DNA of 35,333 nt from a virus. Its lineage: Duplodnaviria; Caudoviricetes. Of this stretch, positions 1 to 9,260 are shown piece by piece (position 1 is the stretch's first letter; each line of letters begins with the position of its first letter). Below the pieces are notes generated by a model. It was not told where the DNA came from. It worked only from the letters and a program-made list of their open reading frames with translations, and searched no databases. The DNA lies in the IMG/VR virus record IMGVR_UViG_3300020043_001919, positions 1-35,333 of that record, one strand, 5' to 3'. The translations under genes and the position numbers were made by a program.

Positions 1-1401
1 CCCCTTGAGCACTTCGAGGGGCCTCGTAAATGGCAACGGGAAATTCTGACAGAATTACGCGAGCACATCAAAGCTAACAACGGCAAGATAGACTTTGAGA
101 CGCTGCGTATGGCGGTGTCATCTGGGCGCGGTATCGGTAAGTCGGCGCTAGTATCATGGCTGACGATCTGGATGCTGACCACGCGGATCGGCTCGACGAC
201 CATCGTGTCGGCTAATAGCGAAGCGCAGCTCCGCAGCGTCACCTGGGCTGAGATCACCAAGTGGCTGAGTATGTCGATACACAGCCATTGGTTCGAGGTC
301 AGCGCAACCAGAGTCCTACCGGCGAAGTGGATAGCGGAGTTGGTCGAACGAGATCTGAAAATGGGAACGCGCTATTGGGGCGTAGAAGGGCGGTTGTGGA
401 GTGCAGAGAATCCTGACGCATATGCTGGCGTGCATAACTTCGCGGGTGTCATGCTGGTATTCGATGAGGCGAGCGGAATTGATGATAGTATCTGGTCAGT
501 TGCAGCGGGCTTTTTTACGGAAAATACCCCTAATCGCTTTTGGTTGTGCTTCAGCAACCCCCGTCGTAACTCTGGTTACTTTTATGAGTGTTTTAACTCC
601 AAGCGAGACTTTTGGCGAAATAAAATTGTCGATGCCCGCTCCGTCGAAGGCACGGATAAGGCCGTCTACCAACAGATCATTGACGAGTATGGCCCCGACT
701 CAAGCGCAGCCCACGTCGAGGTCTACGGTCAGTTCCCCAACGCGAGCGACGACCAGTTCATCGGAAACGCGCTGGTTGACGAGGCAATGGAACGTCCCGC
801 TATATCCGACCAGTCCGCGCCCATCGTGGTCGGAGTGGATCCAGCACGCTTTGGTGCCGACGCTACCGTCATCGCCATAAGGCAGGGCCGCGACATACTG
901 AGCATACGCAGGCACCGTGGCGACGACACGATGGAAGTCGTAGGCCGCGTGATCGACGTGATCGAGGAGTATAAGCCCGCGCTGGTCGTGATCGACGAGG
1001 GCGGACTCGGCGCGGGCGTCGTGGATCGGCTGAAGGAACAGCGCTATAAGGTGCGCGGTGTGAACTTCGGAAATAAGTCAACGAAGCCCATGATGTATGG
1101 CAACAAGCGCGCAGAGATGTGGGGTGCGATGAAAGAGTGGCTGAAGGACGCGCACATACCGAAGGACAGATATTTAAAATCTGACCTCATCGGGCCTATG
1201 ATGAAGCCGGACTCGAAGGGAACGATCTTCTTGGAGTCAAAGAAGGATATGAAGTCGAGAGGACTGGCGTCACCTGACGCAGCGGACGCTATTGCAGTAA
1301 CCTTCGCATTTCCTGTCGCTAGACGCGAGCAACGAGTAGACAACCAGCGCCGCGTCAGCTATGGTCAAGGCTCCGCATCGTCTGGATGGATGGCCTCATA
1401 A
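1..1401 (+). CDS. terL: Terminase large subunit (5'-truncated by window edge)
   Basis: Frame is open from base 1 (PLEHFEGPRKWQREIL...). Walker A SGRGIGKS, Walker B LVFDEASG, coupling motif FSNP, RNase H-like nuclease GVDPARFGAD and SPDAADA. Confidence 0.95.
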   Translation, partial: PLEHFEGPRKWQREILTELREHIKANNGKIDFETLRMAVSSGRGIGKSALVSWLTIWMLTTRIGSTTIVSANSEAQLRSVTWAEITKWLSMSIHSHWFEVSATRVLPAKWIAELVERDLKMGTRYWGVEGRLWSAENPDAYAGVHNFAGVMLVFDEASGIDDSIWSVAAGFFTENTPNRFWLCFSNPRRNSGYFYECFNSKRDFWRNKIVDARSVEGTDKAVYQQIIDEYGPDSSAAHVEVYGQFPNASDDQFIGNALVDEAMERPAISDQSAPIVVGVDPARFGADATVIAIRQGRDILSIRRHRGDDTMEVVGRVIDVIEEYKPALVVIDEGGLGAGVVDRLKEQRYKVRGVNFGNKSTKPMMYGNKRAEMWGAMKEWLKDAHIPKDRYLKSDLIGPMMKPDSKGTIFLESKKDMKSRGLASPDAADAIAVTFAFPVARREQRVDNQRRVSYGQGSASSGWMAS

Positions 1402-1910
1402 TGGCTGATAAGAAAGCTAAACCCGCAGTTTCAACACCCGCGCAATCATACCCCGATCCATATTGGCCTGGAACATCTACAGGGCCAAATATGTTTTCTA
1501 ATGCGCCACCTATGACTTTAGGTGCTAACGGCGTTGATCTTAACCCGCAAGGCGGAATGGCAAATACACCTCGTCCAGGCTGGGGGATGAACCCCGAACA
1601 ACAGCAGGTAACACCTAACGCTAATGCCGCCGCTGTCCGCGCTTATACACGCAACGCGCCATATATGCAGGATTTTATGTCTGACCCACAGGCTATGGTG
1701 CAGCAAATGTATATGTTACAGCAATCGCTGGAAAAAGACCCAACAGACGTAGTGAGCGAATATAGACTTCGCGTATTAAGACAAGCGCTAGGCGATGTGT
1801 TTGGTATGCGCGTCCCAGAACAAATTTATGGTTATGGCATTACCCGCGCGCAAGCTCCTGCTACGCCAGGATCTCCATATGGGTCATCTACAACGCCAGG
1901 ATCAAAATAA
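1401..1910 (+). CDS. Hypothetical Pro/Gln/Met-rich protein
   Basis: ATG at 1401 overlaps the terL stop (TAATG); its stop overlaps the next ATG; low-complexity, Cys-free. Confidence 0.75.
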   Translation: MADKKAKPAVSTPAQSYPDPYWPGTSTGPNMFSNAPPMTLGANGVDLNPQGGMANTPRPGWGMNPEQQQVTPNANAAAVRAYTRNAPYMQDFMSDPQAMVQQMYMLQQSLEKDPTDVVSEYRLRVLRQALGDVFGMRVPEQIYGYGITRAQAPATPGSPYGSSTTPGSK

Positions 1911-2161
1911 TGGTATCGTTATCGGTAGGTCGTGGCGAGAAGCTATCGACAAAAGCGGGCGCTGGTCTGACGGCTAAAGGTCGTGCTAAGTATAATGCTG
2001 CGACAGGTAGCAAACTGAAGCCACCGACACCTAATCCTAAAACCAAAGCAGATGAAGGCCGTAAGAAGTCATTCTGTGCGCGTATGGGCGGCGTAGTCGC
2101 TAAGTCGAAGAACGCCGAACGCGCTAAAGCTAGTATGAAAAGGTGGAACTGTGGCAAGTAA
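1910..2161 (+). CDS. Small basic protein (DUF6321-like)
   Basis: GAGLTAKGRAKYN...GSKLK.P...RKKSFCARM...RWNC pattern recalled from a common aquatic-phage family; TAATG coupling. Confidence 0.75.
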   Translation: MVSLSVGRGEKLSTKAGAGLTAKGRAKYNAATGSKLKPPTPNPKTKADEGRKKSFCARMGGVVAKSKNAERAKASMKRWNCGK

Positions 2162-2306
2162 GCCTGGGCTATACGCCAACATTCATGCCAAACGCGCACG
2201 CATAGCCGCCGGATCGGGTGAGAAGATGCGTAAGGTTGGAGCTAAAGGCGCACCAACAGCTAAAGCGTTTGTTAGATCCGCGAAGACAGCTAAAGGAAAA
2301 CGCTGA
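2151..2306 (+). CDS. Small basic protein, 51 aa (not in ORF track)
   Basis: Manual translation from GTG: MASKPGLYANIHAKRARIAAGSGEKMRKVGAKGAPTAKAFVRSAKTAKGKR; TGATG coupling to next ORF. Confidence 0.8.
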   Translation: MASKPGLYANIHAKRARIAAGSGEKMRKVGAKGAPTAKAFVRSAKTAKGKR

Positions 2307-2473
2307 TGCCGTTAGTTAAATCTAAGTCAGAGAAAGCCTTTCGTAAAAATGTAGAAGCTGAAATGAAGGCTGGGCACCCTAAGAAACAAAGCGTGGCGAT
2401 TGCCTACTCTGTTAAGCGTGCAGCGAGCAAAAAAGGCGGCATGAGCAAAGGTAAATCAAGTGGCTGCAAGTGA
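2306..2473 (+). CDS. Small basic protein, 55 aa (not in ORF track)
   Basis: Manual translation: MPLVKSKSEKAFRKNVEAEMKAGHPKKQSVAIAYSVKRAASKKGGMSKGKSSGCK; fills the gap to the portal gene. Confidence 0.8.
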   Translation: MPLVKSKSEKAFRKNVEAEMKAGHPKKQSVAIAYSVKRAASKKGGMSKGKSSGCK

Positions 2474-4589
2474 TGTAGAAGGCGCAGGCAAAGTATCTGA
2501 CAATCCAGACGGCGACCGTCTGGCTACAATGAGGCATCGGTTTACTGTTGCCTCCGCAGCCTATTCTGACTCCCGCGAAGATGAGCTGGACGACTTGCGT
2601 TTTATGGCAGGCTCCCCAGATAATGCTTGGCAATGGCCCGCTGACGTGTTGGCGACCAGAGGCGCGGTGCAGGGTCAGACGATCAACGCACGTCCCTGCC
2701 TGACGATTAACAAGCTGCCACAGCATGTCAGGTTAGTAACTAATGAACAGCGACAAAACAGACCCTCCGGCAAGGTCATTCCAGCGGACGATAAAGCCGA
2801 CGTTGCGGTCGCAGAAGTCTTTCAAGGTATCGTTAGACACATCGAATACCTTTCCGACGCGGACGTTGCATATGATACCGCGTGCGACAATCAAGTTACC
2901 TACGGAGAAGGTTATATCCGAATCCTTACGGAATATTGCCGCGAAGATTCGTTTGACCAAGACTTGAAGATCGGTCGCGTCCGTAACAGCTTCAGCGTCT
3001 ATATGGATCCAATGATCCACGATCCATGCGGGTCAGACGCGGAATGGTGCTTCATAACCGAAGACATCCCTAAAGAAGAGTATGAGCGTCTTTACCCTGA
3101 CGCGCTGCCAATCTCTGTGATGATGTCACAGGGCGTTGGCGATCAGTCACTCAGCATGTGGATGAGCCAGGAAACCGTCCGTATTGCTGAGTATTTTTAC
3201 ATCGACCATCAGAAGAAAAAGCTCAATCTCTACCCCGATAATATAACGGCTTTTGAGGGTTCGCCACAGGACAAGCAGCTCAAGGCTATGTTCGGTAAGC
3301 CTCTGAAGTCCCGCACAAGCGAACATCGTCAGGTCAAGTGGCTGAAGACGAACGGCTTTGAAGTGTTAGAGGAACGCGATTGGGCGGGTAAATGGATTCC
3401 TGTCATCCGCGTTGTGGGCAACGAGTTTGAAGTAGACGGTCAGCTCTACATCAGCGGTCTAGTGCGTAACGCAAAAGACGCGCAGCGCATGTATAACTAT
3501 TGGGTCAGTCAAGAAGCAGAGATGCTGGCGCTGGCTCCGAAAGCGCCATTTATTGGATATGGAGGCCAGTTTGAAGGATACGAAACAAACTGGAAAACCG
3601 CCAATACAAACAACTGGCCTTACCTCGAAGTCAACCCAGACGTCACCGACGGCAATGGATCTCCTCTTCCATTACCTGAACGCGCGCAGCCGCCTATGGC
3701 GCAAACCGGCCTTATCCAGGCCAAAGTGGGCGCTGGGGAAGATATCAAAGCCACCACGGGTCAATACGACAGTTCAATTGGTGCGACCAGTAACGAGAGG
3801 ACGGGTCGTGCGATTCTGGCTCGGCAAAACCAAGGCGATACATCCACATATCACTACGTGGACAATCTCGCGCGAGCGGTTCGATATACGACAAGACAGC
3901 TAGTCGATCTGATCCCTAAGATCTATGACACGGAGCGCGTGGCGCGCATTGTCGGACTCGACGGCGAAGTGGATATGGTGAAAATCAATCCAAATCAGCC
4001 GGAACCAGTTCGCGTCATCAAAGATCCGATCACAGGTTTGGACATTGAGAAAATCTACAACCCGTCAATTGGTATTTACGACGTGGTTGTAACGACAGGC
4101 CCAAGCTACGCGACCAAGCGCCAAGAGGCGATGGAAGCGATGCAGATGATCTTGCAGACCAACCCGCAGCTTTGGGCTGTGGCAGGCGACTTGTTCATTA
4201 AGAACATGGATTGGCCTGGGGCGCAGGAGATGGCGGCTCGCTTTGCCAAAACGCTTGATCCGAAGGTTCTGGATAATACAGATGAGTCGCCAGAAGCGCA
4301 GATGATGCGTATGCAAATGAACGACATGGCGAACCAGATGGAACAGACGGCGGCTCTGGTTCAGCAATTGCAACAGTCGTATGATATGCAGAAACTGGCG
4401 ATTGATGAGCAAAATACGCAGATCAAGGCGTATGATGCGGAGACAAAACGTCTTCAAGCCATGCAGAGCGGCCTGTCACCTGAACAGATCCAAGACATTG
4501 TGATGGGAACTGTCGCGGCGGCAATGGACACAGGTGACATTGTGCCTAGATCGTCACCTATGCAACCTCAATTACCGGGATTAGAATAA
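2460..4589 (+). CDS. Portal protein (P22 gp1-like)
   Basis: 709 aa downstream of terL; RPCLTINKL, GLVRNAKDAQRMYNY, YDVVVTTGPSYATKRQEA motifs and a Gln-rich C-terminal helical barrel typical of P22-type portals. Confidence 0.93.
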   Translation: MAASDVEGAGKVSDNPDGDRLATMRHRFTVASAAYSDSREDELDDLRFMAGSPDNAWQWPADVLATRGAVQGQTINARPCLTINKLPQHVRLVTNEQRQNRPSGKVIPADDKADVAVAEVFQGIVRHIEYLSDADVAYDTACDNQVTYGEGYIRILTEYCREDSFDQDLKIGRVRNSFSVYMDPMIHDPCGSDAEWCFITEDIPKEEYERLYPDALPISVMMSQGVGDQSLSMWMSQETVRIAEYFYIDHQKKKLNLYPDNITAFEGSPQDKQLKAMFGKPLKSRTSEHRQVKWLKTNGFEVLEERDWAGKWIPVIRVVGNEFEVDGQLYISGLVRNAKDAQRMYNYWVSQEAEMLALAPKAPFIGYGGQFEGYETNWKTANTNNWPYLEVNPDVTDGNGSPLPLPERAQPPMAQTGLIQAKVGAGEDIKATTGQYDSSIGATSNERTGRAILARQNQGDTSTYHYVDNLARAVRYTTRQLVDLIPKIYDTERVARIVGLDGEVDMVKINPNQPEPVRVIKDPITGLDIEKIYNPSIGIYDVVVTTGPSYATKRQEAMEAMQMILQTNPQLWAVAGDLFIKNMDWPGAQEMAARFAKTLDPKVLDNTDESPEAQMMRMQMNDMANQMEQTAALVQQLQQSYDMQKLAIDEQNTQIKAYDAETKRLQAMQSGLSPEQIQDIVMGTVAAAMDTGDIVPRSSPMQPQLPGLE

Positions 4590-4951
4590 TGAGCTGCGCG
4601 GATCTAATCGGACATTTGTTTTTAGCCCGCGATGTGACGCATAGCGTGCATTTAAACACGCGATCCTATGCAAAACATAAGGCTTTGGGCGGCTTTTACG
4701 GCAAAGTTATCGACTTAGCCGACGATTTAGCCGAAGCCTACCAAGGCAGACACGGCCTAATCGGGCCGATTACGCTCCATTCAGCCAAGAAAACCAACAA
4801 TGTTATTGAGTTTCTTGAAGATTCGCTGAAAGACGTTGAAGAAATGCGGTATAAGGTCTGTGATAAAGACGATACGGCGATCCAAAACATTATCGACGGT
4901 ATCGTAGACTTATACCTATCAACACTGTATAAACTTAAGTTCCTAGCGTGA
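4589..4951 (+). CDS. Ferritin/Dps-like four-helix protein (DUF5856-like)
   Basis: H..HLNT.SYAKHKAL..FY......D.LAEAYQG pattern resembles Dps helix A/B metal-ligand spacing; ends YKLKFL. Confidence 0.7.
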   Translation: MSCADLIGHLFLARDVTHSVHLNTRSYAKHKALGGFYGKVIDLADDLAEAYQGRHGLIGPITLHSAKKTNNVIEFLEDSLKDVEEMRYKVCDKDDTAIQNIIDGIVDLYLSTLYKLKFLA

Positions 4952-4958
4952 GGAAATC

Positions 4959-5228
4959 ATGGCATATGCTCTAAATCTTACGGCCACTTCGCAAGTTAAA
5001 ATAGGGCTTGCCAAGGTTAAAGGCGTTTTCGTTAGCTCTGGCTCATCGCCAACCATCGCAATCTATGATTCTGCGGTTGCTTCAGCGTCAGATCCTGTTG
5101 TTATCTCGACTTTTACGGGCGCAGTTCCAGGCAATTACTCATTTCCGCCTGAAGGTGTCACGTTAAGTAAAGGTCTGTATGTTGTCCTCGGCGGCACAAA
5201 TCCAAATGTGACGGTCTTTTACGAGTAA
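4959..5228 (+). CDS. Hypothetical beta-rich virion protein
   Basis: GAGGA RBS, in late operon, beta-strand-like pattern. Confidence 0.7.
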   Translation: MAYALNLTATSQVKIGLAKVKGVFVSSGSSPTIAIYDSAVASASDPVVISTFTGAVPGNYSFPPEGVTLSKGLYVVLGGTNPNVTVFYE

Positions 5229-5233
5229 TTTAA

Positions 5234-7297
5234 ATGGCCTTTATTTATAATCTTACTGACAGTTGGACTGATGCAGCAACTACTTGGAATGGCATAAAAT
5301 TAGCCGTTACCAACACGGCGTCTAGCGCGTCGTCTAATTTGCTGAATCTGACGGTTACAGGGGCCACAACGGCCTCTTTTGTCGTTGATAAGAGCGGTAA
5401 TTTAGCTCTAAACGGCACTGTCAATAAGATTACAATGACGACTCCGGCTACCGGCGCGACGCTGACGCTGGCGGACAACTCGACATTTATCACGTCTGGC
5501 GCTTATTCGAGCACCTTCACCTTCACCGGCGCGACGACGCTGACGTTCCCAACGAGCGGCACGGTTACAGCGCTCGGCAACACGACGACAGGCTCTGGCG
5601 CTATCGTATTGGCGTCATCGCCAACGCTTGTTACGCCTGCGCTTGGCACGCCTAGCAGCGGCGTATTATCTGGCTGCACGGGCTATCCTGTATCCGCTCT
5701 AACAGGCACCGGCACAGGCGTATTGACCGCTTTAGCTGTTAATGTTGGCTCTGCGGGCGCTTTTGTCACGTTCAATGGCGCTCTTGGCACACCTAGCAGC
5801 GGCGATCTGACGAACTGCACGGGTATTACGCCAAGCAATATTGGTGGCCTTGGCGCGGGCGTAGCCACATGGCTTGCGACGCCATCTAGCGCCAATTTAG
5901 CGGCTGCGGTTACTGACGAAACTGGTAGCGGTGCGTTAGTCTTCGCAAATAGCCCAACACTTGTCACTCCTGCACTTGGAACGCCATCCTCGGCGACACT
6001 GACAAATGCGACGGGATTACCTATTAGCACAGGCGTTAGCGGCCTTGGGACAGGTGTTGCGACGTTCTTGGCGACGCCATCGAGCGCGAATCTTGCGTCG
6101 GCTGTCACTGATGAAACGGGATCTGGGCCTCTAGTATTTGCGACCAGTCCGACTTTTACGTCTCAGGTTACGTTTGGCACGGCCAGCTCAACACGCGGCA
6201 CGCTCGTATTAGCCAACACAACCGCTAATACGGTCACGTTGCAATCATCTAACTCTACGGCTGCGGCTTACACGCTGACTTTCCCAGCGGCTGCGCCTGT
6301 TAACGGTTATTACCTTCAGACTGACACGAACGGCGTTCTGTCATGGGCGGCAGGCGGTGGCGGTGGCGGTGGCTCTCCTGGCGGCTCTAATACGCAGGTT
6401 CAGTTTAATAACGCAGGCGCTTTCGGCGGCGATCCAGCCTTTACCTTCGTAAATGGCACCGGCACAGCCACATTAACGCTTGGCGTTGCCTCTACAACCA
6501 GCGCAGCGCTCAAGATCTATAATTCATCTAGCGCCAATAGCGTGACGATTGCCTCTGGCAATAATACAGCCGCTTGGACGATGACTCTGCCGACAGATGA
6601 CGGCACAAGCGGTCAGTATTTACAGACTGATGGTTCTGGCAATACGTCGTGGGCGACTGTTTCGACAGGCATAACTGTCAATACAACAGCTATTACTGGC
6701 GGCACGTCTGGTCGTATTCTTTACGATAACGCCGGAACTGTAGGCGAACTTGCGACCACAGGCACAGGTAATGTTGTTCTAGCGACTTCGCCTTCTTTGA
6801 CGACGCCGACGCTCGGCGTTGCGTCAGCTACTACAATCAACAAAGTTACGCTTACCGCTCCCGCAACAGGGTCTACGCTGACGATTGCTGATGGCAAGAC
6901 TTTAACTGCTAATGCGTCGCTTACTTTGGCAGGCACTGACGGTAAAACGTTAACTGTTAGCAATACGCTAACTTTCACTGGCACTGATAGTAGTTCAGTT
7001 GCCTTTGGAACGGGCGGCACGGTAGCCTATACAGGCGGCACATTAGCTCAGTTTGCATCAACGACATCATCGCAGCTTGCTGGCGTCATCAGCGACGAAA
7101 CAGGTAGCGGATCTCTTGTATTTGCGACAAGTCCGACATTAGCTACACCCCGCGTTGCCGGATCGTCTACAGGATACACAACATTAGCTTCTGCTAATTC
7201 TAGCGCGACTAATTACACCCTGACACTTCCGGCTTCTACCGGAACCGTCTCCACAACAGGGTTTGCTGTGGCGATGTCTGTAGTTTTCGGAGGATAA
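5234..7297 (+). CDS. Thr/Gly/Ser/Ala-rich fibre protein with internal repeats
   Basis: 687 aa; repeated DETGSG.LVFA.SPT, LGTPSS, NK.T.T.PATG.TLT.AD and YLQTD..G..SWA modules. Confidence 0.8.
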   Translation: MAFIYNLTDSWTDAATTWNGIKLAVTNTASSASSNLLNLTVTGATTASFVVDKSGNLALNGTVNKITMTTPATGATLTLADNSTFITSGAYSSTFTFTGATTLTFPTSGTVTALGNTTTGSGAIVLASSPTLVTPALGTPSSGVLSGCTGYPVSALTGTGTGVLTALAVNVGSAGAFVTFNGALGTPSSGDLTNCTGITPSNIGGLGAGVATWLATPSSANLAAAVTDETGSGALVFANSPTLVTPALGTPSSATLTNATGLPISTGVSGLGTGVATFLATPSSANLASAVTDETGSGPLVFATSPTFTSQVTFGTASSTRGTLVLANTTANTVTLQSSNSTAAAYTLTFPAAAPVNGYYLQTDTNGVLSWAAGGGGGGGSPGGSNTQVQFNNAGAFGGDPAFTFVNGTGTATLTLGVASTTSAALKIYNSSSANSVTIASGNNTAAWTMTLPTDDGTSGQYLQTDGSGNTSWATVSTGITVNTTAITGGTSGRILYDNAGTVGELATTGTGNVVLATSPSLTTPTLGVASATTINKVTLTAPATGSTLTIADGKTLTANASLTLAGTDGKTLTVSNTLTFTGTDSSSVAFGTGGTVAYTGGTLAQFASTTSSQLAGVISDETGSGSLVFATSPTLATPRVAGSSTGYTTLASANSSATNYTLTLPASTGTVSTTGFAVAMSVVFGG

Positions 7298-7298
7298 A

Positions 7299-7700
7299 AT
7301 GGCTAATCCTAATATTGTTAACGTCACCAAAATTTATGGCGTTACAACATCCTATACAGTGACCGGCAATACGGCAGTTTCTGTTTTAAATAACGCCGCG
7401 TCATCAGGTAAGGTTTTTAAGATTGAAAGCCTTGTTGTTGCTAATACAACAACGGTAGCCGTTAACTGCACCGTTTCTTATTATACTAATGCAACGGCGC
7501 AGGGCAGCGCGCCTTCTGGCGGAACAGCTTTTCCAATATGTTCAACTGTCTCCGTTCCTGCAAATGCTTCTCTTGTAGTCATTGAAAAATCTAACGGCAT
7601 TTACTTAATGGAAAATGCATGTTTATCGACGACGTCAGGAAATGCGAGCGGATTTTTGACCGTAACTACGTCTTATGAAGACATAACGGATCAGCCATAA
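7299..7700 (+). CDS. Hypothetical fibre-associated beta-sandwich protein
   Basis: GGAGGA RBS; MANPNIVNVT...KVFKIESLVVAN...VSVPANASLVVI pattern. Confidence 0.75.
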   Translation: MANPNIVNVTKIYGVTTSYTVTGNTAVSVLNNAASSGKVFKIESLVVANTTTVAVNCTVSYYTNATAQGSAPSGGTAFPICSTVSVPANASLVVIEKSNGIYLMENACLSTTSGNASGFLTVTTSYEDITDQP

Positions 7701-7718
7701 TATTTAAGGATATTTTTT

Positions 7719-8747
7719 ATGCCTAGCTCACGTTGGAATGGTGGCATACTTGGCCCTGCTAATACTCCAACCGCATCAGTGGCATCTGGCGTCTGGAATT
7801 TAGAAAGACAACAGGTCGCTCAAGGTGGCAGCATTTGGCCCCCAACAACAGTAACTTTTGATTATATGGTTGTTGCTGGCGGCGGCAGCGGCTCGTCTAA
7901 TGGTAACAGGCAAACAAATATCGGCGGCGCAGGCGGCGCGGGTGGTTATAGATACAACACAGGGGTGACCGTAAATACTGGCGTTACAATTACGGTAAGT
8001 GTCGGCGGTGGTGGCTCCGCTCCTTCATCAGTAGCCCCCGCCACAAGCGAATCAAACGGAAACAAGGGGACTAACTCTTCATATTCAGGCACCGGCCTTA
8101 CTACAATAACCGCGACAGGTGGTGGGTATGGCGGTATAACAGACGTAGATGGAGGCCCCGGCGGTTCTGGCGGCGGCGGCGGCACTCTTACTACAAATGG
8201 GGGCACAGGCAACGAAGGCGGATATTCTCCTGTTGAGGGTTACAATGGTGGTGCTGGCGGCGCTCAACCTCCAACGGGATTTCCAGGTAGCGGCGGCGGC
8301 GCAAGCGCGGCTGGCACAGCTACAAATGGTGCAAGTGGCGGCGCAGGCGCTTCAGCACAAAGTTCGTTCTTATCTGCCGCGAGCGCTGGCGTTAATGTAA
8401 GTGGAACATATTATATAGCTGGCGGTGGTGCCGCTGGAGCGGGAGACAGCAATACGGCTGGCACTGGCGGTAATGGCGGCGGCGGAAACGGAGGAACAAG
8501 AAGTTCAAGTGTTTCCGTTGCTAATGGCGTTGCAGGAACGGCAAATACAGGTGGTGGTGGTGGTGGATCCGCCGGCGGCGATTTATTAAGCAACCCAACA
8601 ACACTGTATGGCGGCGCTGGCGGGTCCGGCATTGTTATTATCAAAACAACATCAACAGCCGCTTCAACAACTGGTTCGCCAACGCTCGTAACAAGCGGTG
8701 GTCATAACTACTATAAATTCACTGGTTCTGGCTCAATTACGTTCTGA
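7719..8747 (+). CDS. Glycine-rich fibre/adhesin-like protein
   Basis: YMVVAGGGSG...GTANTGGGGGG...GGSGIVII...YKFTGSGSITF architecture of phage glycine-rich domain proteins. Confidence 0.8.
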   Translation: MPSSRWNGGILGPANTPTASVASGVWNLERQQVAQGGSIWPPTTVTFDYMVVAGGGSGSSNGNRQTNIGGAGGAGGYRYNTGVTVNTGVTITVSVGGGGSAPSSVAPATSESNGNKGTNSSYSGTGLTTITATGGGYGGITDVDGGPGGSGGGGGTLTTNGGTGNEGGYSPVEGYNGGAGGAQPPTGFPGSGGGASAAGTATNGASGGAGASAQSSFLSAASAGVNVSGTYYIAGGGAAGAGDSNTAGTGGNGGGGNGGTRSSSVSVANGVAGTANTGGGGGGSAGGDLLSNPTTLYGGAGGSGIVIIKTTSTAASTTGSPTLVTSGGHNYYKFTGSGSITF

Positions 8748-8754
8748 GGATGAT

Positions 8755-9126
8755 ATGGCGCATTTCGCTCAATTAGATGAGCATAACCTTGTTCTTCAGG
8801 TCATCGTTGTGAATAACGAGACGATAGAGAACTTATCTTTTCCGCAATCAGAACCTGTCGGTATAGCGTTTTGTCAATCGTTATTCGGCGCTGATACAAT
8901 CTGGAAACAGACAAGTTATAACAATAACTTCCGCGTTAGGTATGCAGGCATTGATTATATATACGACGCTACATTGGACGCTTTTATCCCGCCAAAGCCC
9001 TATCCTTCTTGGCTTTTAAACACCACAACTTGTAATTGGGATCCTCCGATACCGTATCCAAATGACGGCAAACGCTATACATGGGATGAAGCAACCGAAT
9101 CTTGGGTTTTATCGAATGAAAATTGA
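8755..9126 (+). CDS. Conserved phage protein (possible fibre assembly partner)
   Basis: Start moved to ATG 8755 behind GAGGA; MAHFAQLD...WKQTSYN..FR..YAGI...YD...DAFIPPKPYPSW...W.PP.PYP pattern; follows the Gly-rich gene. Confidence 0.8.
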   Translation: MAHFAQLDEHNLVLQVIVVNNETIENLSFPQSEPVGIAFCQSLFGADTIWKQTSYNNNFRVRYAGIDYIYDATLDAFIPPKPYPSWLLNTTTCNWDPPIPYPNDGKRYTWDEATESWVLSNEN

Positions 9127-9250
9127 TCTAACCACGCAACAGTGGAATTACATTTTGAACGTCTTAGGCCAACGTCCTTACGTTGAAGTTGTTGAACTTA
9201 TTGCAGAGATTCAAAAACAAGCCGTTGACGGTGTTTCTGTAAACGAGTAA
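9116..9250 (+). CDS. Small hypothetical protein, 44 aa
   Basis: MKIDLTTQQWNYILNVLGQRPYVEVVELIAEIQKQ...; ATG 9116 overlaps the upstream gene end. Confidence 0.7.
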   Translation: MKIDLTTQQWNYILNVLGQRPYVEVVELIAEIQKQAVDGVSVNE

Positions 9251-9253
9251 ATA
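9225..9253 (+). promoter_or_regulatory. Putative sigma70-type promoter for scaffold/coat genes
   Basis: TTGACG (9225-9230), 17-nt spacer, TAAATA (9248-9253). Confidence 0.45.
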
Positions 9254-9260
9254 TATACGT

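Noticed and set aside
401-880. 159-aa alternate-frame ORF inside terL and similar nested ORFs (e.g. 21238-21825, 27141-27743, 20387-20881)
   Set aside because: Fully nested in well-supported genes, with no RBS or recognisable motif
7719-8747. GGC/GGT microsatellite-like runs as phase-variation tracts
   Set aside because: They are in-frame poly-Gly codons with mixed synonymous positions
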